A stretch of DNA of 64,000 nt from the NCBI GenBank assembly GCA_937625935.1, contig OW569351.1, positions 558,001 to 622,000 on the forward strand, in the 5' to 3' direction. Shown here piece by piece: positions 1 to 11,407 of the stretch (the stretch's first letter is position 1; every line of letters begins with the position of its first letter). Under the pieces are notes generated by a model that saw nothing but the letters and a program-made list of their open reading frames with translations, was not told the DNA's origin and did not search any database. Position numbers and translations under genes: made by a program. The stretch comes from Tetramitus jugosus (taxonomy: Eukaryota; Protista; Heterolobosea).

Positions 1-2
1 TT

Positions 3-260
3 CGTGGCGAACGAACAGGTGCAAACAAGAGAGGTCGTGTGTACAAGATTAACTACATTGCAAGAAAGGTTGGTCGACCATCGACTGACGATTCTGCTTC
101 TGCTCTCTGTTATGGTACAATCACTAGTCTTTGTGTGCCACATGATCAGAAGAAGTACAAGGAACAATGCACGATATCGAGCACAGACCAATGGATCGAT
201 GCAACCCGATGTACTCGCAGACACCACTTTTCATTCACGGACAACCGCTACTGGAACTAG
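3..260 (+). CDS. 3' end of a gene entering from the left of the window; unknown, possibly secreted-type C-terminal domain
   Basis: Frame is open from base 3 (RGERTGANKRGRVYKINYIA...LCVPHDQ) to a stop at 260, convergent with the next gene. Confidence 0.5.
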   Translation, partial: RGERTGANKRGRVYKINYIARKVGRPSTDDSASALCYGTITSLCVPHDQKKYKEQCTISSTDQWIDATRCTRRHHFSFTDNRYWN

Positions 261-299
261 CAATCTCAACTCATTAAAATTTTATTCTTCTTTTTGTTC

Positions 300-947
300 C
301 TATTGTGCAAGTTGCAATAGCTCCTCAATTGCTGATGGCACCTGAGTCCAATCCAGCACTCTTCTCACCGAAGCAGTCAAATGCTCCTCCGTAGCGTCTC
401 TATTCCACGGATAATCACCAAACAAAACAGCCTTAATGTTATGCAGTGCCACATGACTCACATAATCCAAGCTATCATCAATCAACAAGCAAGCACCAGC
501 CTCCTGACACAACTCTGGCTTACTCTTCTTGACACCATCATCACCATAATGATTTCCCATCTTTAGCTCCTTGAACACACCAGGATAGTGCAAATCCAAA
601 AACTGTTGAGTATGATCTCTCAAAAAGTGTTGTCTACTGGTCACAACAACAAACTCGTATCGATGTGTCAACGATTGAAGAATGGACTGTGAGTGAGCCA
701 ATGGTCCCTGTTGAAGAAACCGATCAGTCGTGAAAAACTCATTGACCAGAGTGCTGGCATTCTCGCATGTGCCGCCCCACACTTTCCAAAATTGGTAAGA
801 ATTGAATTTTTCAAATGGAATGTTATCATTGTGTTTTTCATTGTAAAAATCGAGGAGTGGAGGAACGAATGCCATGAGTACTTCGTCTACATCTACGGCA
901 ATCACTGGTTTTGTTTGATTATTATTGGTGGTGGTCATGTCTGTCAT
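300..947 (-). CDS. HAD-family 5'(3')-deoxyribonucleotidase (NT5C-like)
   Basis: IAVDVDEVL (DxD motif I), VVTSR (motif II), K and LIDDS (motifs III/IV), and LFGDYPWN. Confidence 0.85.
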   Translation of the reverse strand: MTDMTTTNNNQTKPVIAVDVDEVLMAFVPPLLDFYNEKHNDNIPFEKFNSYQFWKVWGGTCENASTLVNEFFTTDRFLQQGPLAHSQSILQSLTHRYEFVVVTSRQHFLRDHTQQFLDLHYPGVFKELKMGNHYGDDGVKKSKPELCQEAGACLLIDDSLDYVSHVALHNIKAVLFGDYPWNRDATEEHLTASVRRVLDWTQVPSAIEELLQLAQ

Positions 948-1248
948 TTTGTGAATGATGAATATGTTGTGTTTTGTTTTTTATGTGTGTGCGCCAAAAT
1001 GCAAACCGAAAAATAGCTCTCCTTTCTGATGCGCAACACGACACAAGAATGAGTGTGAGGGCTTTTGTGTGATTGACCCGTGTGGGATTTCTCAATCAAA
1101 ATCTTTGGATCAGATGAATCAATAAGAGATTGGTCTTACCAGGTTCCTCAATCATTCACAGAGCTCTTTCATGAATCCTCGAACACGAGCTGTAGTCGAT
1201 CGCAACACCATCATCTGACATGCAATACTCCGTCAGAGATTCCCCTCT

Positions 1249-4200
1249 ATGGCAAAAAAAATCATCTCCTTGCCAAAGAAAAAAGCAAAAAAGCACAACA
1301 ACCACTTCAAAATCATGTCATCACCCAACAATAACAACACCAACAACAACAACAACAACAATTCTTCTCCCTATGCTCCTCCACAACCCACATGTCTCTT
1401 CTCTCGATTCTCTGACACCAAAGTTCACAACATGGACCTCCATCCAGTGAAACCATGGCTCTTGTTTGCCAGTAAGCACGGTCACGTCTATCTCTACGAC
1501 TATGAGCAAAATGATATTCTACACAGCTTCTCACTCAACAGCATGTACGAAAGCAAGAGAGAAGAAGCTCAATTACTCAAAATTTTGGAACGAAATTACA
1601 ATAATGTGTCATTGCCCGATTGGTACGATGATCAATTATTGCAATCACAAAAATTGGGTGATATCAAGAGTATTCGATTATTGGACGAAGATGTCATTCA
1701 TTGGAAGTTGTTTGAGAAGGAGCATTTGGATCATTCTCAAATCATGTCCATTGATCGCTATTCTCGACAGTTTGAAAAAGTAGGAAAGAGCTTACAGTTG
1801 GCTTCGTCTCACAACAATAATGGTGATCCATTGACTGCCAATCATGGTAGTAGTACTACGACTAACAATAACAACAATAACAACAATAATAGTGCAGCTG
1901 ATACGAACAGTACGTTGAGTGATAGTTTTGTGCAGAGTATGGGAGGTGGTGGTGGTACTTCAGGTGGTGGTAGTGGTGGTGGTCCATTGAAGAGCTATGT
2001 GCCATCCAGGAGACCCAAGTGCATTGTTTTGCACACGGAGACACGTGTCATCATGCTGAGGTATGATGAAGTGTCGAGTTCCGTCTACTTTTTCGACGAG
2101 GTCAAGAGTCATCAACTAGACAAGCACAATATTCTGTGCATGGAGTTTTTCTATAGTCATCCGATTATTGCGTTGGGCATGTCTGATGGCTCGATTCGAT
2201 TGTGGAACTACAAGACTCGTGAAGTACTGAGACGTACGATTGTTACGCAGTCAAAGATTGCAAAGATGATTGCTGTGCACAGGGAGGATGGACTGAGCAA
2301 TTATCCACTGCTGCTGACCATTTATGACAATGGATCGTTGGCCATGTGGAGCCTGGAGACTGGAAAAGCAGAGTACACGATTCCAAAGGGACAGGGATTG
2401 ATCAATGATGCCATGGTCGATTGGGACAAGGGCCATTTGATTACAATTGGAAACGATCGATCCATCTTTATTCGAAAATTGCTCACAGGTGAAGTCATTC
2501 ATAGCATCAAGCTCAGAGCAAAGAACATTATGCAATCCATATCCAAGATTACGACATGCAACTGTATTCCATCCTGGTTCCTCATGATATCGGACAACAA
2601 TCGAAAATTGTATCAGATATCTGCGGATTTGAACGAGAGCACATACTCCAACTCGTTTGACGTGATTCAGTACGTGCCACAGAAGAAGCAGGCGAGAACG
2701 GACAAAATCTACACGATTCTGCACCATCCTTTGCAACCCAATGTCGTTTTCGTGGGAACAAACTTTGGTCTGCTGAGTTTCAAGATGGATGCCACACGAT
2801 CGCCACCAGTGGTCACTGGTATCGTTCGTCAGGTCAATAGCGAATCCTCCATACCAACAAGCTCATTCAGTCTTCCTGCTCCAACGCTGTCTCTGTCTCT
2901 GTCCGGTAGTGTTGCATCACCAGTAGCGGAGGCCTTACCAGAAGGCTCTCGATTTATTTATTATGTGAAGAATCAGGCCATCTTCCAACGAACGGCCACA
3001 ATAATCAACAACAAGGAATGTTATTCTGAGCCAGTTAAGGTTCAATTATTGCCAAGACTTGGTAATGTTCAATTGAGTGCGAGTTACTCTGGACGATACT
3101 TGGCTATCCTGTGGGAGAAGGAGCAAGACTATGAGATTTATAACACTTCGACCTGGAAACGACAGTCCAGTGGATCTCAGTGCACCTCTCTCGTCTGGAG
3201 CGCACGTGAAGATCGATTTGCTGTGTTGAAGAGCGCTGGTGGACCAAAGCAAATTGCCATCTACTGCATCGTGAACAACTCAACTCATATGATTATTGAG
3301 CGAGCGAACGTCTCTGCCCAAGTCAAGTCTCTGTTCGGAGGTGTGTTGCTGGGCGTGTTGTATCAGGATTTGGCAGAAGAAGCTGGTTTCCACTTTTTGG
3401 AGTGGACCGGTGATTCTGCCAGAGGAGAGTTGTTGCCCAAGCCAAAGTTTGTCGAGTGGGACTCTCTAACAGCCAAGTGTATCATGGTGTATGACGAAGC
3501 GTACGCTGTTTTTGAATTCTATCCAGAGTTCAGAATTCAGTGCTATGTCAAGGATAGAGTCGAAGCTGTCAAATGGTGGAACTCTACTCTGTTTATTGCC
3601 AATGAATCAGAAATCAAGTGCATCTTCCCTACGCGGAAACAATTGTACACAGTCGTGTTGGCTTCGTTCAACATTGCCCACTATGCAAATTTGACACTGG
3701 GAAGTGATGAAGACAGCTTGGATCCAATCCCTCAACCAAGACCAAAAGGAAATTTATCATTTGTCGATGTTGTCGGTGACTCCGTGTATGTTCTCGATAC
3801 GAACTGCATTTTGCATACTCTTTCATTGGATACACCATCCCTCAAGTTTAGAACGCTTGCAGCTAGTGGATTAGCAGACAAGGCACTGTCATGGATTCCA
3901 TACATACCACAGGAACTGCACGACTATTGTGCAGATTTCCTCGTGGCACATTTGTACCCTGATTTTGCTTGTCAGATTGAAACTATGACACCTAGCAAAC
4001 GATTCCAGTTATGCATTGAATATGGTCTGATTGAGAATGGTTATGATGCACTGACACAGATTGATGTGGACAAGCACATACATAATCTTACTGACAAGGA
4101 ATTGGCTAAATTGTTTATTCGTTTAGCTTCTGTTGGAGAGCGTCAGATTGATTATTTGAGCAAGATGCCAGAGTTCAACGAGGTTCATCAAGCGAGAATC

Positions 4201-4461
4201 AATGATCTGATTGAGATTCTCGAGAGGAGTTACAAGAGAGCCACAGAACTTGATCCTTCTCTCTTTGTACAATTAATCGTCTTCTACACAAAGCATGGTG
4301 AGACAGATAAGCTGAGAAATCTGAAACAGGTGATTCAAGAGAAGAAGAGGCAAGCTACGATTCCAATTGATTGGGACAATGTGCTCACAATGCTCGGCTT
4401 GTTCACTCAAGACTTTTCTCTGGTTACCCAGTTCCTTCCAACGAAGAGCACCACCCTGTAA
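1249..4461 (+). CDS. WD40/alpha-solenoid coat protein, TSET/TPLATE complex TTRAY (TWD40)-like
   Basis: LHPVKPWL...HVYLYDYE...IKSIRLLDEDVIHW resembles the TWD40 N-terminus; tandem WD repeats then a helical C-terminus. Start may be Met 1315. Confidence 0.7.
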   Translation: MAKKIISLPKKKAKKHNNHFKIMSSPNNNNTNNNNNNNSSPYAPPQPTCLFSRFSDTKVHNMDLHPVKPWLLFASKHGHVYLYDYEQNDILHSFSLNSMYESKREEAQLLKILERNYNNVSLPDWYDDQLLQSQKLGDIKSIRLLDEDVIHWKLFEKEHLDHSQIMSIDRYSRQFEKVGKSLQLASSHNNNGDPLTANHGSSTTTNNNNNNNNNSAADTNSTLSDSFVQSMGGGGGTSGGGSGGGPLKSYVPSRRPKCIVLHTETRVIMLRYDEVSSSVYFFDEVKSHQLDKHNILCMEFFYSHPIIALGMSDGSIRLWNYKTREVLRRTIVTQSKIAKMIAVHREDGLSNYPLLLTIYDNGSLAMWSLETGKAEYTIPKGQGLINDAMVDWDKGHLITIGNDRSIFIRKLLTGEVIHSIKLRAKNIMQSISKITTCNCIPSWFLMISDNNRKLYQISADLNESTYSNSFDVIQYVPQKKQARTDKIYTILHHPLQPNVVFVGTNFGLLSFKMDATRSPPVVTGIVRQVNSESSIPTSSFSLPAPTLSLSLSGSVASPVAEALPEGSRFIYYVKNQAIFQRTATIINNKECYSEPVKVQLLPRLGNVQLSASYSGRYLAILWEKEQDYEIYNTSTWKRQSSGSQCTSLVWSAREDRFAVLKSAGGPKQIAIYCIVNNSTHMIIERANVSAQVKSLFGGVLLGVLYQDLAEEAGFHFLEWTGDSARGELLPKPKFVEWDSLTAKCIMVYDEAYAVFEFYPEFRIQCYVKDRVEAVKWWNSTLFIANESEIKCIFPTRKQLYTVVLASFNIAHYANLTLGSDEDSLDPIPQPRPKGNLSFVDVVGDSVYVLDTNCILHTLSLDTPSLKFRTLAASGLADKALSWIPYIPQELHDYCADFLVAHLYPDFACQIETMTPSKRFQLCIEYGLIENGYDALTQIDVDKHIHNLTDKELAKLFIRLASVGERQIDYLSKMPEFNEVHQARINDLIEILERSYKRATELDPSLFVQLIVFYTKHGETDKLRNLKQVIQEKKRQATIPIDWDNVLTMLGLFTQDFSLVTQFLPTKSTTL

Positions 4462-4509
4462 AATGACAATTGCACACCACATGGTGATATCATAAATAAT
4501 GTTGTAACC

Positions 4510-5469
4510 TTATTTTGAGGCTATTCCGACTGCAATGGCAAAAAATACAATAAAACCTGTGAGACCAATGAAAGCACATACACTGAAAACACCAAACATC
4601 AATGCTGCTTTCTTGCAATACAATGCCCAGTTTCTAACTTCTGGGTCCTTTGATTCTTTGAACATGTAATACCCGATTAACCATGTGACAGCTCCTCCGC
4701 ATATGAAGCCTAAAAGGAAGAGAAACATGATTGTTTCTTGCTCCTTTCCAACCCTATCATTCCGAGCTGCTTCAGTCGATGTAATTGACCTCTCAGACAT
4801 TAACCGCTGGAATGTTCTATTCGATTGGGCAGGTGTATAAGGTGAGGTGTATCGAGAATCGTATTCAGATCTCGGACTCGCCATGACCTGTTGGGCTGCC
4901 AGAGGATTGGTTCTGAATGAACCAGGTTTCAGTTCGTTGAAGGATAAACTAACGAGAGGGGAGTCAGATCGATCGGGAATTGCTTTCAATAGAGATGTAG
5001 CTGATTGGCTCTTAATGATGAGAGTATTCTCATTTGGTGTGGAAGGTCGGGGTGATGAATCAAACAATAATTGAGGTTGAGAGGATTCATTGGACTGATG
5101 TTCCATTTCCGACAGTGGTACCACTTTCTTTGGAGACTTTCTGACCATTGTATCTCCCAAATCCTCTGTTGTCTCTCCGTCCTCACCGCCAACACTCGTT
5201 TCACTATCCGAGTAGTGAATACGGAAGTCTGCAGCGAGTTCAGCTAGTTTGCTCCTGCCTCTGATGTTTACTTCACTCCCATTGTCACTCATTGAATCGT
5301 TTTTACTGTCTAGGAGAGGCGTCGGGCTCGATATATATCTCTCGAGTTCGGTATCCTGTTGAATATCACTCAACTTCATCGCTTCCTTCAGTGGAGGTAA
5401 TGTTCTCTTTTGGCTATCTGAGTGATTGTGATGACCACCCAGATAATCATTTTCCAGAGATTTCATCAT
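4510..5469 (-). CDS. Membrane protein: disordered N-terminus, two C-terminal TM helices
   Basis: 319-aa ORF with two hydrophobic segments at the C-terminus. Confidence 0.65.
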   Translation of the reverse strand: MMKSLENDYLGGHHNHSDSQKRTLPPLKEAMKLSDIQQDTELERYISSPTPLLDSKNDSMSDNGSEVNIRGRSKLAELAADFRIHYSDSETSVGGEDGETTEDLGDTMVRKSPKKVVPLSEMEHQSNESSQPQLLFDSSPRPSTPNENTLIIKSQSATSLLKAIPDRSDSPLVSLSFNELKPGSFRTNPLAAQQVMASPRSEYDSRYTSPYTPAQSNRTFQRLMSERSITSTEAARNDRVGKEQETIMFLFLLGFICGGAVTWLIGYYMFKESKDPEVRNWALYCKKAALMFGVFSVCAFIGLTGFIVFFAIAVGIASK

Positions 5470-5613
5470 TGTCCTTGCTTGTTTTGTCCGTAGGATAGTT
5501 CGTTTATAGAGATGTCGTTTCTGAGCGCCGCCTGAGTAGAATTTGTAGATGACAGGCCGTAGTGGCGCGTTGTCGGAGCGATAGGAGAGAAAAGGGAAAT
5601 CAACAAAGTGATT

Positions 5614-6768
5614 TTATTGACTCCTCCTGAGTCGTGTCAAGAAGTCCAACGCGAATTGTTCTTCTTCTCCTAGTTGTCCATTTGGGCGAACAGTTGTTAG
5701 AGATGCCAATTCACCTCCAAATGTCTTGAATACCCGTCTCACGTTATCTCCGTCAAACTTTAGCTCTACTTCATCGTTTGCATCCATCACCGTATGAATA
5801 AACAAGTGTTCTTTTGAATCTGTGGAAAACTCAGAGTCATCCACACTGTCATCTTCACTTCTATCTTCAAACGGTGATAAAACCATGTCAATCTTGACCG
5901 TCACATGTGTTGGCTGCTGCAAATCATCTTCCTTGCGCTCCGTGCCTGAAAAATGAATCATGATTGGCCTAGTGCAAGACATGATAAATACGGAGAAGCG
6001 CGACAGAGTCACATGTCGCGAAACTTGCTTTGAATGAATGTGAAAGAATCCTAGTGCATGGAGCGCTCTGATGCGCACCGCTTCCATCAAATGATGATCA
6101 AAATTTCTCCGAAGATTTCGATTTCTGCTCTGTTGTGATCCGGCAGTGGTGTCATTGGACGGAGGAGGTATATCACTAAATTCCATATCCCAAGACATTT
6201 CACCAAGCTTTGACAGCATGTGATAAGCACGTTTCCACAATAGTACGCTATCACTTACAGGCATGGTTTCTTCTGATGACTGTTGTTGTTGTGCATCTGT
6301 TTCGTTGGTTGGTTGATCAGCAGCAGTATTGTTGTTATTGTTGTTGTCAATATTGACTCTCATTGGCTGATCATCATTTTCATCATTATCAAAAACATGA
6401 TCCATCTCATCAGCATTGTCATCATCATCTTCTAAATCACTGACAAACACTGTTGCATATTCATCATGATCACCAATGTCCATCATCACTGTCTGATCAA
6501 TCAATTTGGACGTTGTTTGAACATAATTCCTTTTCCACAAGTCATCTACAACGTCCTTCCATATCGTACAGACCAATTCACACTGATTGAGTGATTGAGC
6601 ATCGACAAATGATAGGAAATGATTGAAGAGAAAGGAGTGATTTGTTTTCACAATGGATGGATGATTGTTGTGAGCAATTGATGTGAGGATGGGTGTGGCA
6701 TTTGTTGTTGTTGTTTCACGAGATCGTTTGGTTCCTCTCGTTTTGTGTAGTGTTGTGTTGTGCGACAT
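5614..6768 (-). CDS. F-box-like protein
   Basis: LFNHFLSFVDAQSLNQCELVCTIWKDVVDDLWKR fits the F-box consensus. Confidence 0.65.
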   Translation of the reverse strand: MSHNTTLHKTRGTKRSRETTTTNATPILTSIAHNNHPSIVKTNHSFLFNHFLSFVDAQSLNQCELVCTIWKDVVDDLWKRNYVQTTSKLIDQTVMMDIGDHDEYATVFVSDLEDDDDNADEMDHVFDNDENDDQPMRVNIDNNNNNNTAADQPTNETDAQQQQSSEETMPVSDSVLLWKRAYHMLSKLGEMSWDMEFSDIPPPSNDTTAGSQQSRNRNLRRNFDHHLMEAVRIRALHALGFFHIHSKQVSRHVTLSRFSVFIMSCTRPIMIHFSGTERKEDDLQQPTHVTVKIDMVLSPFEDRSEDDSVDDSEFSTDSKEHLFIHTVMDANDEVELKFDGDNVRRVFKTFGGELASLTTVRPNGQLGEEEQFALDFLTRLRRSQ

Positions 6769-6927
6769 GATGTGTGTGCGTTTTTGTTGTTGTCGAATGA
6801 GCTTTTTGTGTGTTGTTTCAAACTTGCATGTTCAACTCTTTTGCAGAACTGGGTGTGAAATTTGCTTGTTGTCGAGTGTGCATGCACTTTTTTTATTCGT
6901 GTGTGTGTTGTAGGTAGGGTCTACAGG

Positions 6928-8629
6928 TCAAGGGCTCGAATCTTGCATTTGTTGTTGCGACTGTTGTTGATGATGTCTCTGATTCATCTGATTCAGTTCG
7001 TCCTTGTACTTTTGAATCAATGACTCATAAAACTCATCATCAGCCTTCCATTGCTCATGCTCCAGATTGGCATGAAACACCTTGGCATCCAAATCGGCAC
7101 AAACATTGATCAAATGTCTGCACCTCCTTGCACCAGCAAACTGCTCTGCTCTCAAGTGATTCACCTCCAACAGCGTATCATACATTTCTTGATTGTACAC
7201 TTCATCAATGACAAACTCGGGACCGAATGGTAAACCTACTTTGAGTTGTTTTTGTTTGTCTGTGACTTGATCCAGCATTTTGTTTTGTTCAGCGAGTTGC
7301 TGCGCGTCTAGGATGGATGAAGCAGATGATGATGACGATGACTGTGCATTGGCACTTGATGCCGAATGTTGTTGTTGTTGTTGTTGTGTGGAAGGTGGTG
7401 GAGGTGGTGGTTGAGAGAATTGCTGTTGTTGTTGCTGATTATGTGTAGATGGTGGAGGTGGTGGAGGAGGTTGTTGTTGTTGAATGGTACTACTACTCGC
7501 GGAGCTTGCATACTGTTGGTGTTGTTGCTGTTGTTGTTGCGTTGGTGGATGATGAGCAGCATGTTGTTGATAGGATGGTGGTGGAGGTGGTGGAGGACCA
7601 ATCGAAGTTGTCGACCCAGGAACAGATGAGGAAGGTGATTTCAAGTATTGCATGTTGGATGATTGTTGTGAAGAACGATTGGATGATGCCACATGTTGTT
7701 GCTGTTGTTGTTGTTGCTGTTGTTGAGAATAGGAGGAAGAAGATAATGGTGGAGGTGGTGGTGGATAGGAACTTGTTGATGATGATGAAGACACAGAGGA
7801 GGAAACACCTGGTGGTGGTGGAGGTGGAGGTTGTTGTTGTCTCTGAGGTGTAGCAGTGCTCTTGGTGATCGACATGGATGGTGTTGTTGATGCTGATGAT
7901 GACGATGTGGGAGGTGGAGGAGGTGGAGATGCCATATGTTGTTGCTGTTGCTGCTGTTGTGATGATGATGATGGCGGTGGTGGATGATGTTGCATGTGAT
8001 GAGAGGGTGATGGATGAGACATGAATGACGACGATGCTTGTGATGATGATGATGACTGTGGTGGCATGGGTGATCGACCAGTGTTACGGAATGGAGATGA
8101 GAGGCGATCAGATGTAGAAGAAGCAGTAGAGACAGCAGCAGAGGATGGAGTGGATGTTGTTGATGGTGGTGGGAATGGACTGTCAGTCGGTGTTTTCACT
8201 GGTGTCAATGGATGAGTGTTGACCATGCTAGTGGAAGCACCAGTATTGACTGCACCGGCATTGGAAGCACCCATAGTAGTAGTAGCAGTTGATGATGATG
8301 AGACTGCAGTAGTGGCTGATGCTGATGATGATGATGATGATGGTACATTGGTTTGAATAGTCAATGAACGATTACTGGTGCTTGATGGTGTGCCTGGTGG
8401 TCCTGAGACTTTGTTCATGTAGGATGATGATGATGAGTGATGATGACCACCACCACTACTACTATTGTTATAGTAGGGATGTTGTCTCGAGTAATAAGCT
8501 CCACCACCGCCACCACCACTACCACCATAGTAATCACCACCTCGTCCACCTGATGATGATGATGATGGATACTTGTTCTCATAATGATACTGTTTCTTCA
8601 TATTATAAGAGGATCTGTGATGATGTTGT

Positions 8630-8661
<32 letters not shown>

Positions 8662-8931
8662 ATGGTGATAGTGAGGTGAGGAATAATAGTTTCTATTTCC
8701 ATAATTTCTATTGGAACCATGGTGTTGATGATGCTGTTGATGATGACCATGATGGTAATGATCAGCTTCATCATATGATGATGCTGACTGTTGATTTCTG
8801 TTGTTATTGTTGTTGCCAGTGGTGGCATTGTTGCCAGAAACCGGAGGAGGTGGAGGGGGTTGATGAGGCGGAGGACCATGGTGATGGTACCTGTTGTTGA
8901 ATGATGGTGACCGTGATGATTGTTGACTCAT
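6928..8931 (-). CDS. Low-complexity Q/S/P/H-rich protein with C-terminal coiled region
   Basis: 667-aa ORF with poly-Q/P/S tracts and an ordered ~110-aa C-terminus. Confidence 0.7.
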
Positions 8932-9024
8932 TGTTGTTCTCCCTCGATTTTTTTGTGTTTGGTTCCAATTTCTTTTGTTTTAAAAATTCCCGCCAATTGT
9001 TGATTTACGGTGAAATACTCCTGT

Positions 9025-11292
9025 TTATGCTTCAGGAACCTTGAATCGAGCAATGAATGGATTGTGGAAGGAACCAACGTACATGTAACCTTTGAAAATG
9101 TTGGCTTCAGATACTGAATGGAACCGAGACATTGAGTCATAGATGGCTCTCTTCATGTGGCCGCTGTTGGCATCAATCACTAGAATGAGTGCTGCCTTTG
9201 GTCTGACGAGAGAGAACAGAGCACTAAAGAACGGAATTTTGGCAAATATCTTTCGTACACCTGGATGTCTGGATAAGAGCTGAGTGAACTTTGTTCTAGG
9301 ACTGGCGCATCCAACTGTTATCTCATCTCCAAATTGGCGGATATTGTCTGGGAAGCAAGGCATATTCTCTGTGAGATAGTGTTTTTCATTCGAGTTCTCA
9401 GCTACTGATTTGTGTAGTTCATACTCTCTGATCCTGAATCGAGTCGTTTCGGATATTAGCAGCTTGGACTCGTCTGGAGATAGGATCAAACCATTGGCAA
9501 AGTGGAGATTGTCGAGTAGTAAGTCAAGTTTCTTTTGTCCCAGGTTATATCTAAATAACCTGCCTAATCCATTACCTTCAAGTGTTTCGAGTTGATAATC
9601 CGATAGATAGAACTTGGTACTCGAGTCAGTAAAATAGAGCACATCATCCGACGATACAACCACATTGTTCGTAAATTTGAACGGTACTCCTTCATAACGA
9701 TCAACTACTCTGGTCAACTTGTTGTTATTGTTCAAATCAAGGACAAGTACTCCAAAATAGGAATCGGCCACATACAACAGGTGGTCATGAAGAAATAGTC
9801 CGAGTGGCACTCCACAAACATGTTGCATTTGAGGCTTGTTGCATTCGGAGAGAGGAGGCAAATCTGTATACTGCACACTTCCAGTCCTAGCAATAATTTG
9901 ATTTGTTCCAGAATTGAAATCAACTGTTCTTATTGTTCCATCTCTCATGGACGTGTAAATAACGTCCTTTGCAGTATCATAGGCGAACGATTCTGGTGCA
10001 AAGCTATCATTGGCAAATAATTGAACATCCTGAACAAACTGAACAGGGAAATCAAAGTCGAATGGAATCTTGTGTGGAGTTGGCTTTGGATCAAAGAACT
10101 GAGGATCAATTGGAGATGGATCAGTGATCATTCGGTACAACAATATTGATAGCAATAGAACTACTATTGATAAAAAAGCAAAGCGAATAGGACGACTGGT
10201 GCGTTGTGATGATCGTTTCTTTGCTTCGCTCTTCCACTGATCAGATGGCACAGCCTCTCTCTGTCCAATTGTGCACTTGAGTGAACCAATTCCATCGATT
10301 GAAATATCTAACTGATCATCTGGTTGCAGCTTCTCGTTTCTCTCGATACCACAGCATCCAGGTATTGTTCCTAAGCCAATCACCTCTCCAGGATGCAAAT
10401 TCTCAGACTGAGAGATGAATGCAACAGCTTCTCCAACAGAATGTGCCATATTCTTCGTATTACCACTTCCAACCACTTTTGAATTGATTCGACACTTGGC
10501 CTCTACGATTCCGTGACTGATCTTTGGCAAGAATTCATCTGCTGTCACAATGATATTGCCCATCTGATTCGAAGAGTTCTTGGCCTTTCCAAATCCCAAC
10601 TTTCCAAACACCTCACCCAGTTGGACATTTCGAACAGAAAAGTCATTCCAAACAACAAAACCTCCAACAATGTTCTCTGCTTCCGTTTCAGTCAAGTTTC
10701 TTCCATGCTTCGCAATGACAACACCAATCTCAAGCTCATAATCAAAGAATGTGGCATAACTAGGCATAGGGACAACATCTCCATCTCCATACAGATTCAA
10801 ATGACTGGCCATGTAGTGCAACGGTTGTTCATACCACAGCTTATTTGGCTTATAAATGGGGAACGGCTTTCCTATCAATCGGAATGGTAGCTCTAAAAGC
10901 GAAAAGACACCATAAGCGAACAAGGATGAGGAAGCAAGCTGATTCTTGACCAAATTTCTCGCGGATTCCACCATATGTCGTTCCCACAAGCTACAATCGC
11001 GCCAAGATTTCACTTCAAAGGGAAATTTTTCAATTGTAAATTGTGGTTGTTGTTGTGTGGACACAGAGACACTGGTATTCTGATTAAACTTGTGGATCCA
11101 ATTCTGAACCATTTGTCTGTTACCTTCGTCCAGATAAAAGGCCAAAAACTTCAAAACATCACTCGCATCATTCTCGTAGGATGAGTTGTTCGGAAGCAAA
11201 TGTTTGAGTGGTAACCATTGACTTGTTTGTTCATCAAAGAGTGCCACAGATCTCTCCTTTGTGACAGTGAATTGGATCAAAGAGACTTTCAT
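9025..11292 (-). CDS. Fumarylacetoacetate-hydrolase-family domain + TM + strictosidine-synthase/APMAP-like propeller fusion
   Basis: DYELEIGVVI, WNDFSVR and LHPGEVIGLGTIPG (FAH); a TM helix; APESFA, LYVADSYFG, YFTDSS, LHFANGL and FPDNIR (SSL/APMAP). Confidence 0.85.
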   Translation of the reverse strand: MKVSLIQFTVTKERSVALFDEQTSQWLPLKHLLPNNSSYENDASDVLKFLAFYLDEGNRQMVQNWIHKFNQNTSVSVSTQQQPQFTIEKFPFEVKSWRDCSLWERHMVESARNLVKNQLASSSLFAYGVFSLLELPFRLIGKPFPIYKPNKLWYEQPLHYMASHLNLYGDGDVVPMPSYATFFDYELEIGVVIAKHGRNLTETEAENIVGGFVVWNDFSVRNVQLGEVFGKLGFGKAKNSSNQMGNIIVTADEFLPKISHGIVEAKCRINSKVVGSGNTKNMAHSVGEAVAFISQSENLHPGEVIGLGTIPGCCGIERNEKLQPDDQLDISIDGIGSLKCTIGQREAVPSDQWKSEAKKRSSQRTSRPIRFAFLSIVVLLLSILLYRMITDPSPIDPQFFDPKPTPHKIPFDFDFPVQFVQDVQLFANDSFAPESFAYDTAKDVIYTSMRDGTIRTVDFNSGTNQIIARTGSVQYTDLPPLSECNKPQMQHVCGVPLGLFLHDHLLYVADSYFGVLVLDLNNNNKLTRVVDRYEGVPFKFTNNVVVSSDDVLYFTDSSTKFYLSDYQLETLEGNGLGRLFRYNLGQKKLDLLLDNLHFANGLILSPDESKLLISETTRFRIREYELHKSVAENSNEKHYLTENMPCFPDNIRQFGDEITVGCASPRTKFTQLLSRHPGVRKIFAKIPFFSALFSLVRPKAALILVIDANSGHMKRAIYDSMSRFHSVSEANIFKGYMYVGSFHNPFIARFKVPEA

Positions 11293-11407
11293 GCTGCTTG
11301 GAAATTTTTTTTAACTTTTTTTTCTCCATCCAGATCACAAGTTTTTTTGCTTTCAACCAAAAAACAACGAAACTCACAAGATCAACTAGAGAATATACTA
11401 CGACAAT

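Noticed and set aside
6928-8931. Dense CAA/CAG/CCA/TCA triplet repeats resembling an array
   Set aside because: They encode poly-Q/P/S/H tracts; no repeat-spacer periodicity, so not CRISPR.
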